DNA of 64,000 nt, from positions 1-64,000 of the forward strand of contig DAIDJN010000070.1 in NCBI GenBank assembly GCA_027451365.1. Direction: 5' to 3'. Origin of the DNA: Phycisphaerales bacterium. GTDB taxonomy: Bacteria > Planctomycetota > Phycisphaerae > WQYP01. Positions 30,005 through 39,630 of this stretch are shown in pieces. The notes beneath the pieces are model-generated. The model made no database searches. It saw nothing but the letters and a program-made list of their open reading frames with translations, and was not told where the DNA came from. The position numbers and the translations under genes were made by a program. Numbering within the stretch: position 1 is the stretch's first letter; each line of letters opens with the position of its first letter.

Positions 30005-31300
30005 TCAGCCCTGCTCTGCGCCGGCGCTTTGTTGTCGGCGGATACGCTCCTGGCGGATCAATTCATGAAGTTTCGGCAGCATTTTGGTTAATTCCGCGGC
30101 AGCTTTGGAATCAGGATATGTGTCGATCATTTTTTCCGCCACAGCCAGACATTCCTCGTAACGGTGGCGGTTAAGCAGGTCTTTGAATTCAACTTCCATT
30201 TCCTGGCGGTCCTGGGCGTCAGCATTGTTCCGCAACGTGGTCAGTTCCACACGAATGCGTTCAATGGCCTTTTCTTCCGGATAGCGTTCCACAAGCTGCT
30301 GGGCAATCAGGCAGGCCTGACGCCAGCGCCGATGATCGGCGGCCTCGTGGAAATCGGACAGCAGCCGCTGCAATTCCTCAGCGCGCCAGGACTGCTGTTC
30401 GCGCCGGACGCTGCGCACCAGGTCTTCCACCTGCGGTTCGCCGGGGTATGCCAATTCGAGTTTGCCCACAATTTCCTCCACACGATCCCAGGCATTAATG
30501 CTCATGAACTGGCGCAGGTCGGCTTGCACAGCCTCAATATCCGATCGAACGCGATTAGCGCGGGCGGCGGAAAGCTGAGCCTCCAACTCGGTCGCCTGCG
30601 GATCACCAGGGAGTGCCGAACGGAATTTTTCCAGCACGGCGGACGCCGCACTCCATTGCTGACGATTGATAAATTGGCGGATATCAGCGGTGAATGCGTC
30701 GCGGCGCTGCTGATGCAGCTGGGCGGCGCGCTCCAGCCGCTGGGCCTCGGTCATCAGCGCCAGGTCCCGGATCTGGGTCAGCAGGTGAATAAGTTCGGTG
30801 CTGTTGGTCGCGTCGATGGCGGCGGTCAGGGCCGTGGCGGCGGTGACCGGTTCAGGTTCGTTAAAGGCAGGGTTCGCCGTCGGCCCGGCGGTCGGTATGT
30901 TGGCCGTCCGTTGTTCCAGCAGTGTGGTGCGCACGCTGGACATGGTTTGCTGAAGATATTCTATGACCACACGCGTCTGCTCAGTTGATTTGAACGCTGC
31001 CCGCTGCAAGCGCAATGCATTAAGCTGGCCTTTGACGATGGCCGCTAGACCGATGAGAATCGCCGGCAGGGCAACGGCACTGATAAAAATGCCCGCCGGA
31101 AGCGGCCACGCTTGGGCCACAGCCACACCGGTCTTTCGCTCCAGGAAGAATAAAAGAATGGAAAAACCGCAGCCGCCCACGAAATAAACGACCGCAAGCA
31201 GCAACAACAGAGCGCGGGCGGTGGTCATATCGGACGTGGTAACCGGCGCGCCGGCTCCAGCTGAAGCATGGGTAAATTCTGGCAAAGAATCCGCTGGCAT
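30005..31300 (-). CDS. Membrane-anchored helical-repeat (TPR-like) protein
   Basis: Two N-terminal TM helices; repeated W..A......L...YP helical units. Confidence 0.7.
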   Translation of the reverse strand: MPADSLPEFTHASAGAGAPVTTSDMTTARALLLLLAVVYFVGGCGFSILLFFLERKTGVAVAQAWPLPAGIFISAVALPAILIGLAAIVKGQLNALRLQRAAFKSTEQTRVVIEYLQQTMSSVRTTLLEQRTANIPTAGPTANPAFNEPEPVTAATALTAAIDATNSTELIHLLTQIRDLALMTEAQRLERAAQLHQQRRDAFTADIRQFINRQQWSAASAVLEKFRSALPGDPQATELEAQLSAARANRVRSDIEAVQADLRQFMSINAWDRVEEIVGKLELAYPGEPQVEDLVRSVRREQQSWRAEELQRLLSDFHEAADHRRWRQACLIAQQLVERYPEEKAIERIRVELTTLRNNADAQDRQEMEVEFKDLLNRHRYEECLAVAEKMIDTYPDSKAAAELTKMLPKLHELIRQERIRRQQSAGAEQG

Positions 31301-31438
31301 GGATAACCTCCGTCAGGAAAAGAATTCGTCCGCCGCGCCCCACCAGTGGCCGGCAATTTAAGGCCAATAATAAGCGCACCGTTACGGTGTCAGTGTAAGG
31401 CTTCGCGGCCACTTGTGACCGACCAAAGTCTGCGGGCT

Positions 31439-31711
31439 TCAGGAATCCGGTTTCTGGACCGGATTACCAGCATCAAGACCGATATCCGTTGGTTCGGCCG
31501 TCAGTTTGCCATCTCGCGCGGTCAGCATCTCAATCCGCTTTTCGGCATTGTCAAGAATTTCACGGCAACGATTGACCAGTTCCATTCCCTTTTCGTACAT
31601 GGTCAGGCTGTCCTCCAGTCCGACCTTGCCGGAGGCAATTTCAGCCACAATCTGGTCCAATTTGGCCATCGCTTCTTCAAAGGTGGGTTGTTTGTCTTCT
31701 TTTTTTGCCAT
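31439..31711 (-). CDS. xseB: Exodeoxyribonuclease VII small subunit
   Basis: TFEEAMAKLDQIV...LEDSL..YEKG..L...C...L..AE.RI. Confidence 0.93.
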   Translation of the reverse strand: MAKKEDKQPTFEEAMAKLDQIVAEIASGKVGLEDSLTMYEKGMELVNRCREILDNAEKRIEMLTARDGKLTAEPTDIGLDAGNPVQKPDS

Positions 31712-31856
31712 CTTTATGTCGCCGCCATGGAAATCATTCACCGGTTGCAAGCCGAATACCATCGGCCACCGGTTCGCGTATCGCATGGAATTATATCGGC
31801 TGGAAGCGGGTTTGGGATAGGGCAACGCGCATATTTCCAGTCGGACGAATGGGGGA

Positions 31857-32612
31857 TCATCGCCGAAGGTGCTTAAGCACATAGTCCCGCAGGGCAATCG
31901 CAAGGCCTACACGGGGCACGCAGCGCTGTTCAAAATCGTCAATTAGCCAGGCTTGCGGCTCCGGCCCGCGAACCATTTCCAGGGTGTTGGCCACGATCAG
32001 GTCCGCATTGCTGGCCAGCCGACTGCGGTTGGCTGTTTTCAGCAATTCATTCTGGGTCATATCCACTTCCAGTTTGAATTTCACCAGCAGGCCGCCGAAT
32101 GCCCATTCGCTCCGAAACAGGTCGATGATCTTTTCGGTTGGAACGCCGCGGAAGGCGATCTGTTTATGTTCGCTCCTGATTTTCGCGCGGTCTATCCTTC
32201 TGACAATCCAATGATATTCCGGTGCCACTGCGCCTTGAATTTCCCAAGAGGAAAGAACTTCAAACGCTCCGTCGGGACGGTAATCGCTGACGGCCGCGGT
32301 CATAATGGCCGCGCCGTATGCGGTATCGGATACCAGTCGCGAAAGCAGGTCCAGAAGTTGCTGATGGGTTTCAAATCCGATGGCGGCGCTTTGGTCATCT
32401 CCGGCGGCCCCGACGGCGGCCTGAAATTGCCGGCGATGGTCGGAATTGCTGGAAACCAGTGTGACATGGGCGGCAGGCAGCAGAGCCATGGCGATGTCCA
32501 GCCCTGTCTGGCCAGTGAAAATATTCATCCAGCAGCGGACCTGGTCGATCATTTCACGAGTTGTGCCCGCAGTGATTAAAACGCGAGGTTTTTGTGTGGC
32601 CGATATAGTCAT
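31857..32612 (-). CDS. coaB: Stand-alone phosphopantothenate-cysteine ligase (CoaB/DFP domain)
   Basis: VLITAGTTREMIDQVR..N..TG..G, AAVSDY, VKFKLE, IVAN; no CoaC domain. Confidence 0.8.
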   Translation of the reverse strand: MTISATQKPRVLITAGTTREMIDQVRCWMNIFTGQTGLDIAMALLPAAHVTLVSSNSDHRRQFQAAVGAAGDDQSAAIGFETHQQLLDLLSRLVSDTAYGAAIMTAAVSDYRPDGAFEVLSSWEIQGAVAPEYHWIVRRIDRAKIRSEHKQIAFRGVPTEKIIDLFRSEWAFGGLLVKFKLEVDMTQNELLKTANRSRLASNADLIVANTLEMVRGPEPQAWLIDDFEQRCVPRVGLAIALRDYVLKHLRR

Positions 32613-32802
32613 GGTGCTATGCTAATGCGGCGCAGGCGGTTGGCAAGTGCGGGGAATGGGTGAAGCTCAACCGTTGGACCCATAAAGATTGTATCGACTG
32701 CGCAGATTGCAAATTTTGGATCGCGGATGGTGTAATTTATTCAGACCCGGTCCGGGATTCTATTGGCGGCCTTAGCGACACAATTCGCGATGGCGGCGCG
32801 TG

Positions 32803-33105
32803 TCAGCCACGTTCCGGCTGGTGGCGCGGATGAAGTTCAGATACAAAGCCCGTCCATTGGGCGTCCATGCTATTGGATCGGTGAATAGCGGGGCCGACTT
32901 CAACCCGGCGCACTTCGGCGGCTTTAAGCCCTTTGGGGCCGGGACAGGCCTGATACTCCACCATATCCCCTTCCTTAAGCGACCGATATCCTTCCGCCAG
33001 AATATCCGTATGGTGGACGAAAATGTCCCCGAGCTGGTCTCCTTCTATAAAGCCGAAGCCCTTCTGATTATTAAACCATTTGACGCGGCCGATTTTGGTT
33101 TCCAT
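32803..33105 (-). CDS. Cold-shock domain protein with C-terminal extension
   Basis: GRVKWFNNQKGFGFI (RNP1), DIFVHH (RNP2), GPKGLKA; GAGG RBS. Confidence 0.93.
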   Translation of the reverse strand: METKIGRVKWFNNQKGFGFIEGDQLGDIFVHHTDILAEGYRSLKEGDMVEYQACPGPKGLKAAEVRRVEVGPAIHRSNSMDAQWTGFVSELHPRHQPERG

Positions 33106-33961
33106 GGTGCACCTCAGGAAAACTTTTATTTCGACTCTGTGGCTCTCGCAACTTCCGGTGCCATCCAAACAGGTTTTTCGCCTTCATGTCATTGGACTGG
33201 AGGCGAACTTAGCGCCGGGAAATGCAAGAGCAATCTGACGTAAATATGCACGAGGATCGAAGTAAAGTCAAAAATGGCCGAAAATTTTGCGGGAATTGGC
33301 GTATAATCGTTGATGCCCACGTGTACCGATAACGCTCTGCCGAGGGCGTCAGCAGGGCAAAAACGTTGAAGAATTTGCGAGAATTTTCGGTCATGCCATG
33401 CCCTATAAGAGCGTCAATGACCCAAGGTGGACGCTGAATAAACGCGCGAATTCACGCAGTCGCGAATTCCGGCTGGACGTCAATTTGAATTCAGTCGTGA
33501 AGTGTTCCATAATTGGCCGATAGATAAACAGGTCGTGTTCCTCCGCAGGACGCGGTGGTGTTCGCGTGCAAGTCTTGGTATTGATTCAGCCAATCCGCTG
33601 AATCATCGGCTGTATGTCTGCGGAGCGCGCTTTGCGAAATGCCCGAATGCATTGGGATGCAGGGCGTTTAACACATCGCGGACTTATCGGTCATTATGAA
33701 ACAATGGTCGGCAGTTGGCGTTGAAGCGTATGATGGACCGTAAAAGCAACTGGCCGCTGAAATTCCGCCAGCAAGGTCTTTTCATACGACCGGTTTCATG
33801 AGAGAATACGTATGTATTCTAAGGAACGCTGCTCCGATTGAGCTGGTAACGGATTTCCACTCCAGGGTTTGAACAGCATGGAAGCAAAAGCGATAAAATA
33901 TCCGCGAAAGGAAGCAACATCGCGGACCAGCGAGCAATGGTCCACGAGAGAGAGGTGCATT

Positions 33962-35149
33962 GTGACAGGTTATAATCCATTTGATCCCCCGGGCCGCCCC
34001 GAATCGGTACCCGGGGCGGACATTTTCCGTCGTCCAGGAGGTTCTCCCGAAATTTCCCGAGCGGCCGCTGAAGGCGTGCCGTTTGAAGGCACCCGACCCC
34101 CTGCTGGCAAAGGCGGGCGAGCCGGCCGCACACCTGCGGCCAAACCCGCTCAACCGGCCGACGAGTCGCTCCCCGTGGCGGAATCTGTTGCGGCGGCTGG
34201 CGGCGCACCTGCTGAACAGGAAATGGTCTCCGATGCCGACGCGGCCGCGAATTTAGAATCCCCGACGCTGAAACTTCCCGCCTCCGCCCAGATGCGCATG
34301 GTGGAGGAAATCCTGCGCGGTGCCAACGCGGCCACCACCGGCCTGATGCTGTTGCAGGAAAACCTGCGGTGGCCGGGAGTCCTGCGTTTTGAACCTACAA
34401 CCGGTCCGGAAGGTCCTTCACTGGAGTCTGCATCTTCGGTGGCTGTGCGGCTGACTGCCGGTGAACATAATTTCGGTAACCTGGTGCTGGATAGCGCTTC
34501 GGCGAGTTCGCGAGTGCTTGAACAACTGCGGCAATGCGGGCTGTGGCTGTCTGCTATGTTGGCCTTGGCGCGGCAGCATCATACCTTGCGCCGACTGGCG
34601 GACACAGATGAATTGTCCGGAGCGTTTAATCGGCGTTACTTCAGCGAAATGGTGCCGCGGCTTCTGGAAAAGGCCCGGAAGGAACGGTTCTGCGTCACAA
34701 TTCTGCTTTTTGATATTGATGATTTCAAGCAATACAACGATCAGTTCGGCCACGCCGCCGGCGATGCAATTATCCGGGAAGTCATTGGACTATTGCGACA
34801 TTGCACGCGCAATCAGGACTTGGTTGCACGAATCGGCGGCGATGAATTCGCCGTGGTGTTCTGGGACCAGGGGGTCTTGCGCCAGCCGGATTCCCAGCAT
34901 CCGCGCAGCGTGCTGAACATTGCCCAGCGGTTCCGCAAAGCGGTGGCGGAACACCCCTGGAACGCGGATGGCGGCCCGATTGCCGGGCGGTTAAGCATCA
35001 GTGGCGGATTGGCCACTTTCCCATGGGATGCGTCCAATCTCGAACAGCTTATGGCCGTCGCCGACGGTGAACTGCTGCGGGCCAAATCTATGGGCAAAAA
35101 TGCAATTGTGCTGGCCGGCCCCGGTGAGACACCGGAAGAGGAATCCTGA
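33962..35149 (+). CDS. Diguanylate cyclase (GGDEF)
   Basis: DELSGAFNRR, DIDDFKQYND.FGH..GD, I-site RNQD, GGDEF. Start inferred at GTG after GAGG. Confidence 0.9.
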   Translation: MTGYNPFDPPGRPESVPGADIFRRPGGSPEISRAAAEGVPFEGTRPPAGKGGRAGRTPAAKPAQPADESLPVAESVAAAGGAPAEQEMVSDADAAANLESPTLKLPASAQMRMVEEILRGANAATTGLMLLQENLRWPGVLRFEPTTGPEGPSLESASSVAVRLTAGEHNFGNLVLDSASASSRVLEQLRQCGLWLSAMLALARQHHTLRRLADTDELSGAFNRRYFSEMVPRLLEKARKERFCVTILLFDIDDFKQYNDQFGHAAGDAIIREVIGLLRHCTRNQDLVARIGGDEFAVVFWDQGVLRQPDSQHPRSVLNIAQRFRKAVAEHPWNADGGPIAGRLSISGGLATFPWDASNLEQLMAVADGELLRAKSMGKNAIVLAGPGETPEEES

Positions 35150-35246
35150 TACCCCTTCAGCGACCACACCGATCCGCATAAGCCCGATGCCCAGGGGCCC
35201 AAGGCCGTGGCTGATGCACATGACGGGCGATTGGCTGTCGATCGGG

Positions 35247-36509
35247 TTAATCCACCGGAACGTCGGTCTTCATGATTTCACCAAGAAGCACCGTCGCAAA
35301 ACAACCCGGCGGCAGAGCGAAAATCAATTCCAGAAACGGTCCAAGATCATCTGTCCCCGTATTAAGCGTCATTTCGGACGGAAAAAAACGCATCGCCCGG
35401 CGGGACCCCTTTGATTTTTCCGCGCGCGGGCTATGGAAGTCTGAAGGCTTAAGCTCCGCTTTTTCCAGCACCGTCCGTTCCATCTGGCCTGGCTCGCCTT
35501 CCGGTTCGGTCATGCGATAGCCGAACATGGGACCGGACGGAGAAATTTCGTGGGCGTCGCACCGCGACTGTTCGACTGCGGCGTCGCTGGTGGAATTTCC
35601 CACGCGAAAAACCGCGCCAATATCATGCTTCCAGGCAAGATCGCCGGGAAGAATGGTATTGATCTGGTCCAGACGCATTGCAAGCGTTTCGTTGAAAAGA
35701 TGCGCCTGAAGGGCGCTTATCAACAATCGTTTCAGGCGGATATCCACCAGCCGCATGGCCTGATCAAATTTTTTCGGATGACGGGCCAACAGACCCAGCG
35801 CCCGCCTTTCTTCGCGCAGATGACCGGGCCAATGGGTAACGGCCAAGTCCAGATTGCCATTGGCAAAATGGCGTCGGGCTTCCAGAACACCACCATGGTC
35901 CACCTGCGGATCCGGATCGCCCAGCCACCGATTAAGGAATTCTTCGCTGCGGCCCCGCAGCAGTGAAAGGCCAAGCTGATGGTTATCGCCTCGCATGCCG
36001 AAACGTTGGGGGCCGAAAAAATTGGGCACGCCAGTGGTCGCCAGCCGCTGAAGGACCGCAGTAGCCTTCTGCCCGGCATCCGCGACCGATCCACCGGCTA
36101 TGGCCCATTGGTCGTTACGAATTTTGATGGTGAAATGGTTCCCCGCCAGATGACCGATTTTCAATTTGTTCTGATGGCGCGTAACTTCCAGAATCCGAAT
36201 CTGGGGAAGTTCCAGCGCGGCGATACGCGTGTGCGATTCATGTTCAATCGAAAAAGTCTGGCGGGCGACGGCCTGGGTGTCTTTCAGGCCGGCATAGCCG
36301 ATCTCCATGGTTTTTCGACCCAATGCGCGAGCGATCATGTTCACCGCACTTAGGGTGGAAATGCCACGCTTTTCAATGGTGAAATACACATGAATCCCCT
36401 GCCCGCTAGCCGGGTAGAGTGGAATTTCGCGCACGATGAAGTCGTCCGTTTTTGTTTTAATCCGGCCGCCGGTGCCGGGAAGGTCTGCGGTAAGGTAAGG
36501 AATTGTCAT
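35247..36509 (-). CDS. truD: tRNA pseudouridine(13) synthase
   Basis: DFIVREI, GYAGLKD, GHLAGNHF, PNFFGPQRFG, LPPGCFAT. Confidence 0.95.
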   Translation of the reverse strand: MTIPYLTADLPGTGGRIKTKTDDFIVREIPLYPASGQGIHVYFTIEKRGISTLSAVNMIARALGRKTMEIGYAGLKDTQAVARQTFSIEHESHTRIAALELPQIRILEVTRHQNKLKIGHLAGNHFTIKIRNDQWAIAGGSVADAGQKATAVLQRLATTGVPNFFGPQRFGMRGDNHQLGLSLLRGRSEEFLNRWLGDPDPQVDHGGVLEARRHFANGNLDLAVTHWPGHLREERRALGLLARHPKKFDQAMRLVDIRLKRLLISALQAHLFNETLAMRLDQINTILPGDLAWKHDIGAVFRVGNSTSDAAVEQSRCDAHEISPSGPMFGYRMTEPEGEPGQMERTVLEKAELKPSDFHSPRAEKSKGSRRAMRFFPSEMTLNTGTDDLGPFLELIFALPPGCFATVLLGEIMKTDVPVD

Positions 36510-36842
36510 ATTTGCTCCGAAGGGACATCAGGCCTCCGCACCATTGCGGCCGCAAGTGCCAAAGTCCACCAGTGTAATGGCTTTTGCCGCCGTTCGCGCG
36601 TCTGCGGGAGTTGGCGCGCAATCCGACATGAAGCAACAGAACATGCGGGGGCAAGAGGATCGGCCCACCGCATCCGGGGCAGCCATCTGGTCCGGCTCGA
36701 TTAACGCAAAATATCCAGTGCCCATTCAGTTATGACGGCAAAAATCCCGCCGCGGACGGCTTAGGCCATGGCATAACAACCTGCCCGCAAAGGCGGCTGG
36801 CAACAGTGCTTTGCCTAACGCGCTGGTGTGACGCACAACCGG

Positions 36843-37613
36843 CTAATGACGGGCCGCGTGCTGCAAATAGACCGCGATTAAATCATAGGTGACATGGGTG
36901 CCGACATCCACGCCAAAGCCACGAAATATAAAAATACCGCCGAAATAAATGCCTGCGGCGGTGCGGAAGAAAAAGGTTTGCGGCGTGAACGGCTCGGCTC
37001 CGAGATAATGATACAGTGAAAACAGCACCGCCGATCCGCCGATCGCCAGAATCAGCGACCAGCCGAAGGACATCCGCAACACATCTTTCAGCAGAATTAA
37101 AAGCGTGGAAAGCAGCAGCAGGCGGAAAAGCAGCTCTTCGTAAATTCCCGCGCCAATCGAAAGTACGGCTTGCGTCTGCCATGGCTGGCCGGCGGCCGCC
37201 TGGTTTGTGCCATGAAGCGTTGCGCCATGGGCCACCATCAACGCAAAAAAGACCACTGGCAACGACCAAAGCAGGCTTTCCCCGAACATGCCCATGTAAA
37301 GCAGTGGCTCGAAGTCCCACGGGTCTTTGCGAAAAAAATGCCAGATCAGCAACGCAATGACCAGCGCCAGCGCGGGCAGGTAATTTCCGGCGGCACCGAC
37401 GGCGGCGAAAAAACGCAGCATTAACTGAAAAGCGATCACGATGGGTTCATTATGGTTTGGCGGAATCCATGGATGCAGGCTGATGCCGATCTGGTAAAGC
37501 GCCAGAAGCGGCAGAAGGAATATCAGACATTGCAGCGGCCGATGGGTGCGGTCCAGGTAATTTTTACCGTGTCCGATACTTATTCTTCGTGATTGTGCGC
37601 TAAGTTTCGCCAT
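36843..37613 (-). CDS. CPBP (type II CAAX) intramembrane glutamic endopeptidase
   Basis: EELLFR, FSLYHY, TH..YD motifs in a multi-TM protein. Start approximate. Confidence 0.88.
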   Translation of the reverse strand: MAKLSAQSRRISIGHGKNYLDRTHRPLQCLIFLLPLLALYQIGISLHPWIPPNHNEPIVIAFQLMLRFFAAVGAAGNYLPALALVIALLIWHFFRKDPWDFEPLLYMGMFGESLLWSLPVVFFALMVAHGATLHGTNQAAAGQPWQTQAVLSIGAGIYEELLFRLLLLSTLLILLKDVLRMSFGWSLILAIGGSAVLFSLYHYLGAEPFTPQTFFFRTAAGIYFGGIFIFRGFGVDVGTHVTYDLIAVYLQHAARH

Positions 37614-37799
37614 CCGTGCATTCCCGGCAAAAGCCTTCCTAAATTCGGTTTGCATCATAGCAGCAGAAGGTCGGAAATGACCAGCCAGCGGCACCACGAG
37701 GCCAGACCGGCGGCGGAAATGTTTCAAATCCAGATGGAAGCCAGCGCGGGTAATCGCCGATGGATGCCAATCGCCGGTTGCCCAGGTGCCGTGCCGCGG

Positions 37800-39407
37800 T
37801 CATTGGCCATAAATATCTTCAAAGTTCTGCCGCAGCGCCGGGTAAAGAGATGCATATTTTTCCGCATGGCCGGCATAAAACGCAACGGCTTTTTTCGCGG
37901 GCCGCGCGGTCTGCCGGATTTTAATCATTTTCCGTGTTGCCGCGGGCACATCACTCCAAGCGCCTGTGCCGACTCCAGCCAGAATGGCCGCTCCAAGGGC
38001 TGCGCCTTCGCTTACATTTATGGTGACCACCGGCGCATTGTACATATCCGCCTGAAGCTGCCGCCAGAAGGTGCTCCGCGCGCCGCCGCCGCTGGCGCGA
38101 ACCTGTTTTACTGACACATTCATAGAGCGGAATATTTCAACTTGTTCGCGCATTCCCATCGTAATGCCCTCCAGCACGCTCCGGGAAATATGGGCCACGC
38201 CATGCCGCGGAGTAAGCCCGACAAAACAGCCGCGGGCATTGGCGTCCGGATGCGGACAGCGTTCACCGGTAAGATAGGGAAGAAAGAACAGATTTTCCGC
38301 GCCGGCCGGCGCCCGTGCCGCCATATCCACAAGGTGTATGTACAGTTCGCCGGGATCCCCGCCTTTGGCCGTGATCTTGCGCATCGCATCAGCATACAAT
38401 GTATTCCGTAGCCATTGAAACGACCCGCCCGCAGACAACATGCACCCGAACACACACCATGTATTGGGAATGGCATGGCACATCGTATGCACACGCCCCA
38501 GCGGATCTACCCGCGGTGATTCGGCGGCCGCAAAAATAACTCCGCTGGTGCCCATGGCGGCCGAAACCAGCCCCGGCGCCACCACACCGGTACCGACCGC
38601 ACCGGCGGCCTGATCGCCGGCACCGCCCACCACAGGAATACCCTCGGGCAGACCGGTTTGCCGGGCTACCATCCGTGTGATATGGCCGGTTATTTCCTGT
38701 GACTCCACCACCGGCGGCAGCAACGTTCGATCAATGCCAAGTTTGCTTATAAGGTCGTCATGCCAGCAGCGCTGGCGCACATTTAACAGAAGTGTGCCGG
38801 ATGCGTCTGAAACCTCCGACATATATTCGCCTGTCAGCCGATAGCGGATGTAATCTTTAGGCAAAAGTATGTGGCGGCATTTGGCGAATTTTGCCGGTTC
38901 ATTCCGCATGAACCAGAGAATTTTGGGCGCAGTAAAACCGGTCAGGGCCGGATTGGCCACCATTTCTATCAGGTTGTCGCGACCGCCCGCCTTTTCGGTA
39001 ATTTGTCGGCACTCCTGGCCGGTGCGCTGGTCGTTCCAGAGAAGCGCGGGCCGCAACGGTTTGGCCCCTTCACCCAGAAACACGCTTCCGTGCATCTGTC
39101 CGGAAAGGCCGATGGCGGAAATTTCTGATGGCTTCAGGCCCGCCTTTTTCAGCACTTTTCTGGTGGCGGCCAAGGCGGCGACCCACCAGTTTTCCGGGTC
39201 TTGTTCGGTCCATCCGGGTTTGGGCGTAAGAAGTTCATGTGGAGATTCGGCGGCAAAAACCGTCGCGCTTTCAGCCAGCAGCAGGGCTTTGGTGCCCGAT
39301 GTGCCGATATCCAACCCCAGAAATACCTTTGCTGATGCCTTGGACGGGCGATTGGGAATTGCCACGAGTTCAGCCGTCCGGGATTTTACCATTCTGGATT
39401 TAGCCAT
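37800..39407 (-). CDS. xylB: Xylulokinase
   Basis: GLDIGTSGTK, GLSGQMHG, LWNDQRT, LPKDYIR, GAGDQAAGA, PYLTGER. Confidence 0.95.
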   Translation of the reverse strand: MAKSRMVKSRTAELVAIPNRPSKASAKVFLGLDIGTSGTKALLLAESATVFAAESPHELLTPKPGWTEQDPENWWVAALAATRKVLKKAGLKPSEISAIGLSGQMHGSVFLGEGAKPLRPALLWNDQRTGQECRQITEKAGGRDNLIEMVANPALTGFTAPKILWFMRNEPAKFAKCRHILLPKDYIRYRLTGEYMSEVSDASGTLLLNVRQRCWHDDLISKLGIDRTLLPPVVESQEITGHITRMVARQTGLPEGIPVVGGAGDQAAGAVGTGVVAPGLVSAAMGTSGVIFAAAESPRVDPLGRVHTMCHAIPNTWCVFGCMLSAGGSFQWLRNTLYADAMRKITAKGGDPGELYIHLVDMAARAPAGAENLFFLPYLTGERCPHPDANARGCFVGLTPRHGVAHISRSVLEGITMGMREQVEIFRSMNVSVKQVRASGGGARSTFWRQLQADMYNAPVVTINVSEGAALGAAILAGVGTGAWSDVPAATRKMIKIRQTARPAKKAVAFYAGHAEKYASLYPALRQNFEDIYGQ

Positions 39408-39630
39408 TAAGAATACCCCTGATAAAAATCGCCAGCCAGCGACACGTTTATATGCGCGGCGAGCGAACAAACCTACCAGAGGATGGCAAACTGTCAATGC
39501 GCAAGCCGCAGGATTGCAAACAGGCGTACGATCAATATTGTGACCTGACCATTTCAATTTCAAAATGCGCTGCGGCAGAGGCCAATGCGTGCAACGTTTG
39601 CGATAAGTCGCCCCATTTGCTGTGGCAGCG

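Noticed and set aside
36528..36725. 65-aa Cys-containing ORF between truD and the CPBP gene
   Set aside because: No RBS or recognisable motif; cannot support it.
36843..37613. Exosortase for the nearby PEP-CTERM proteins
   Set aside because: Motifs are CPBP-type (EExxxR, FxxxH, H), not the exosortase Cys/Arg/His pattern; proximity alone is insufficient.
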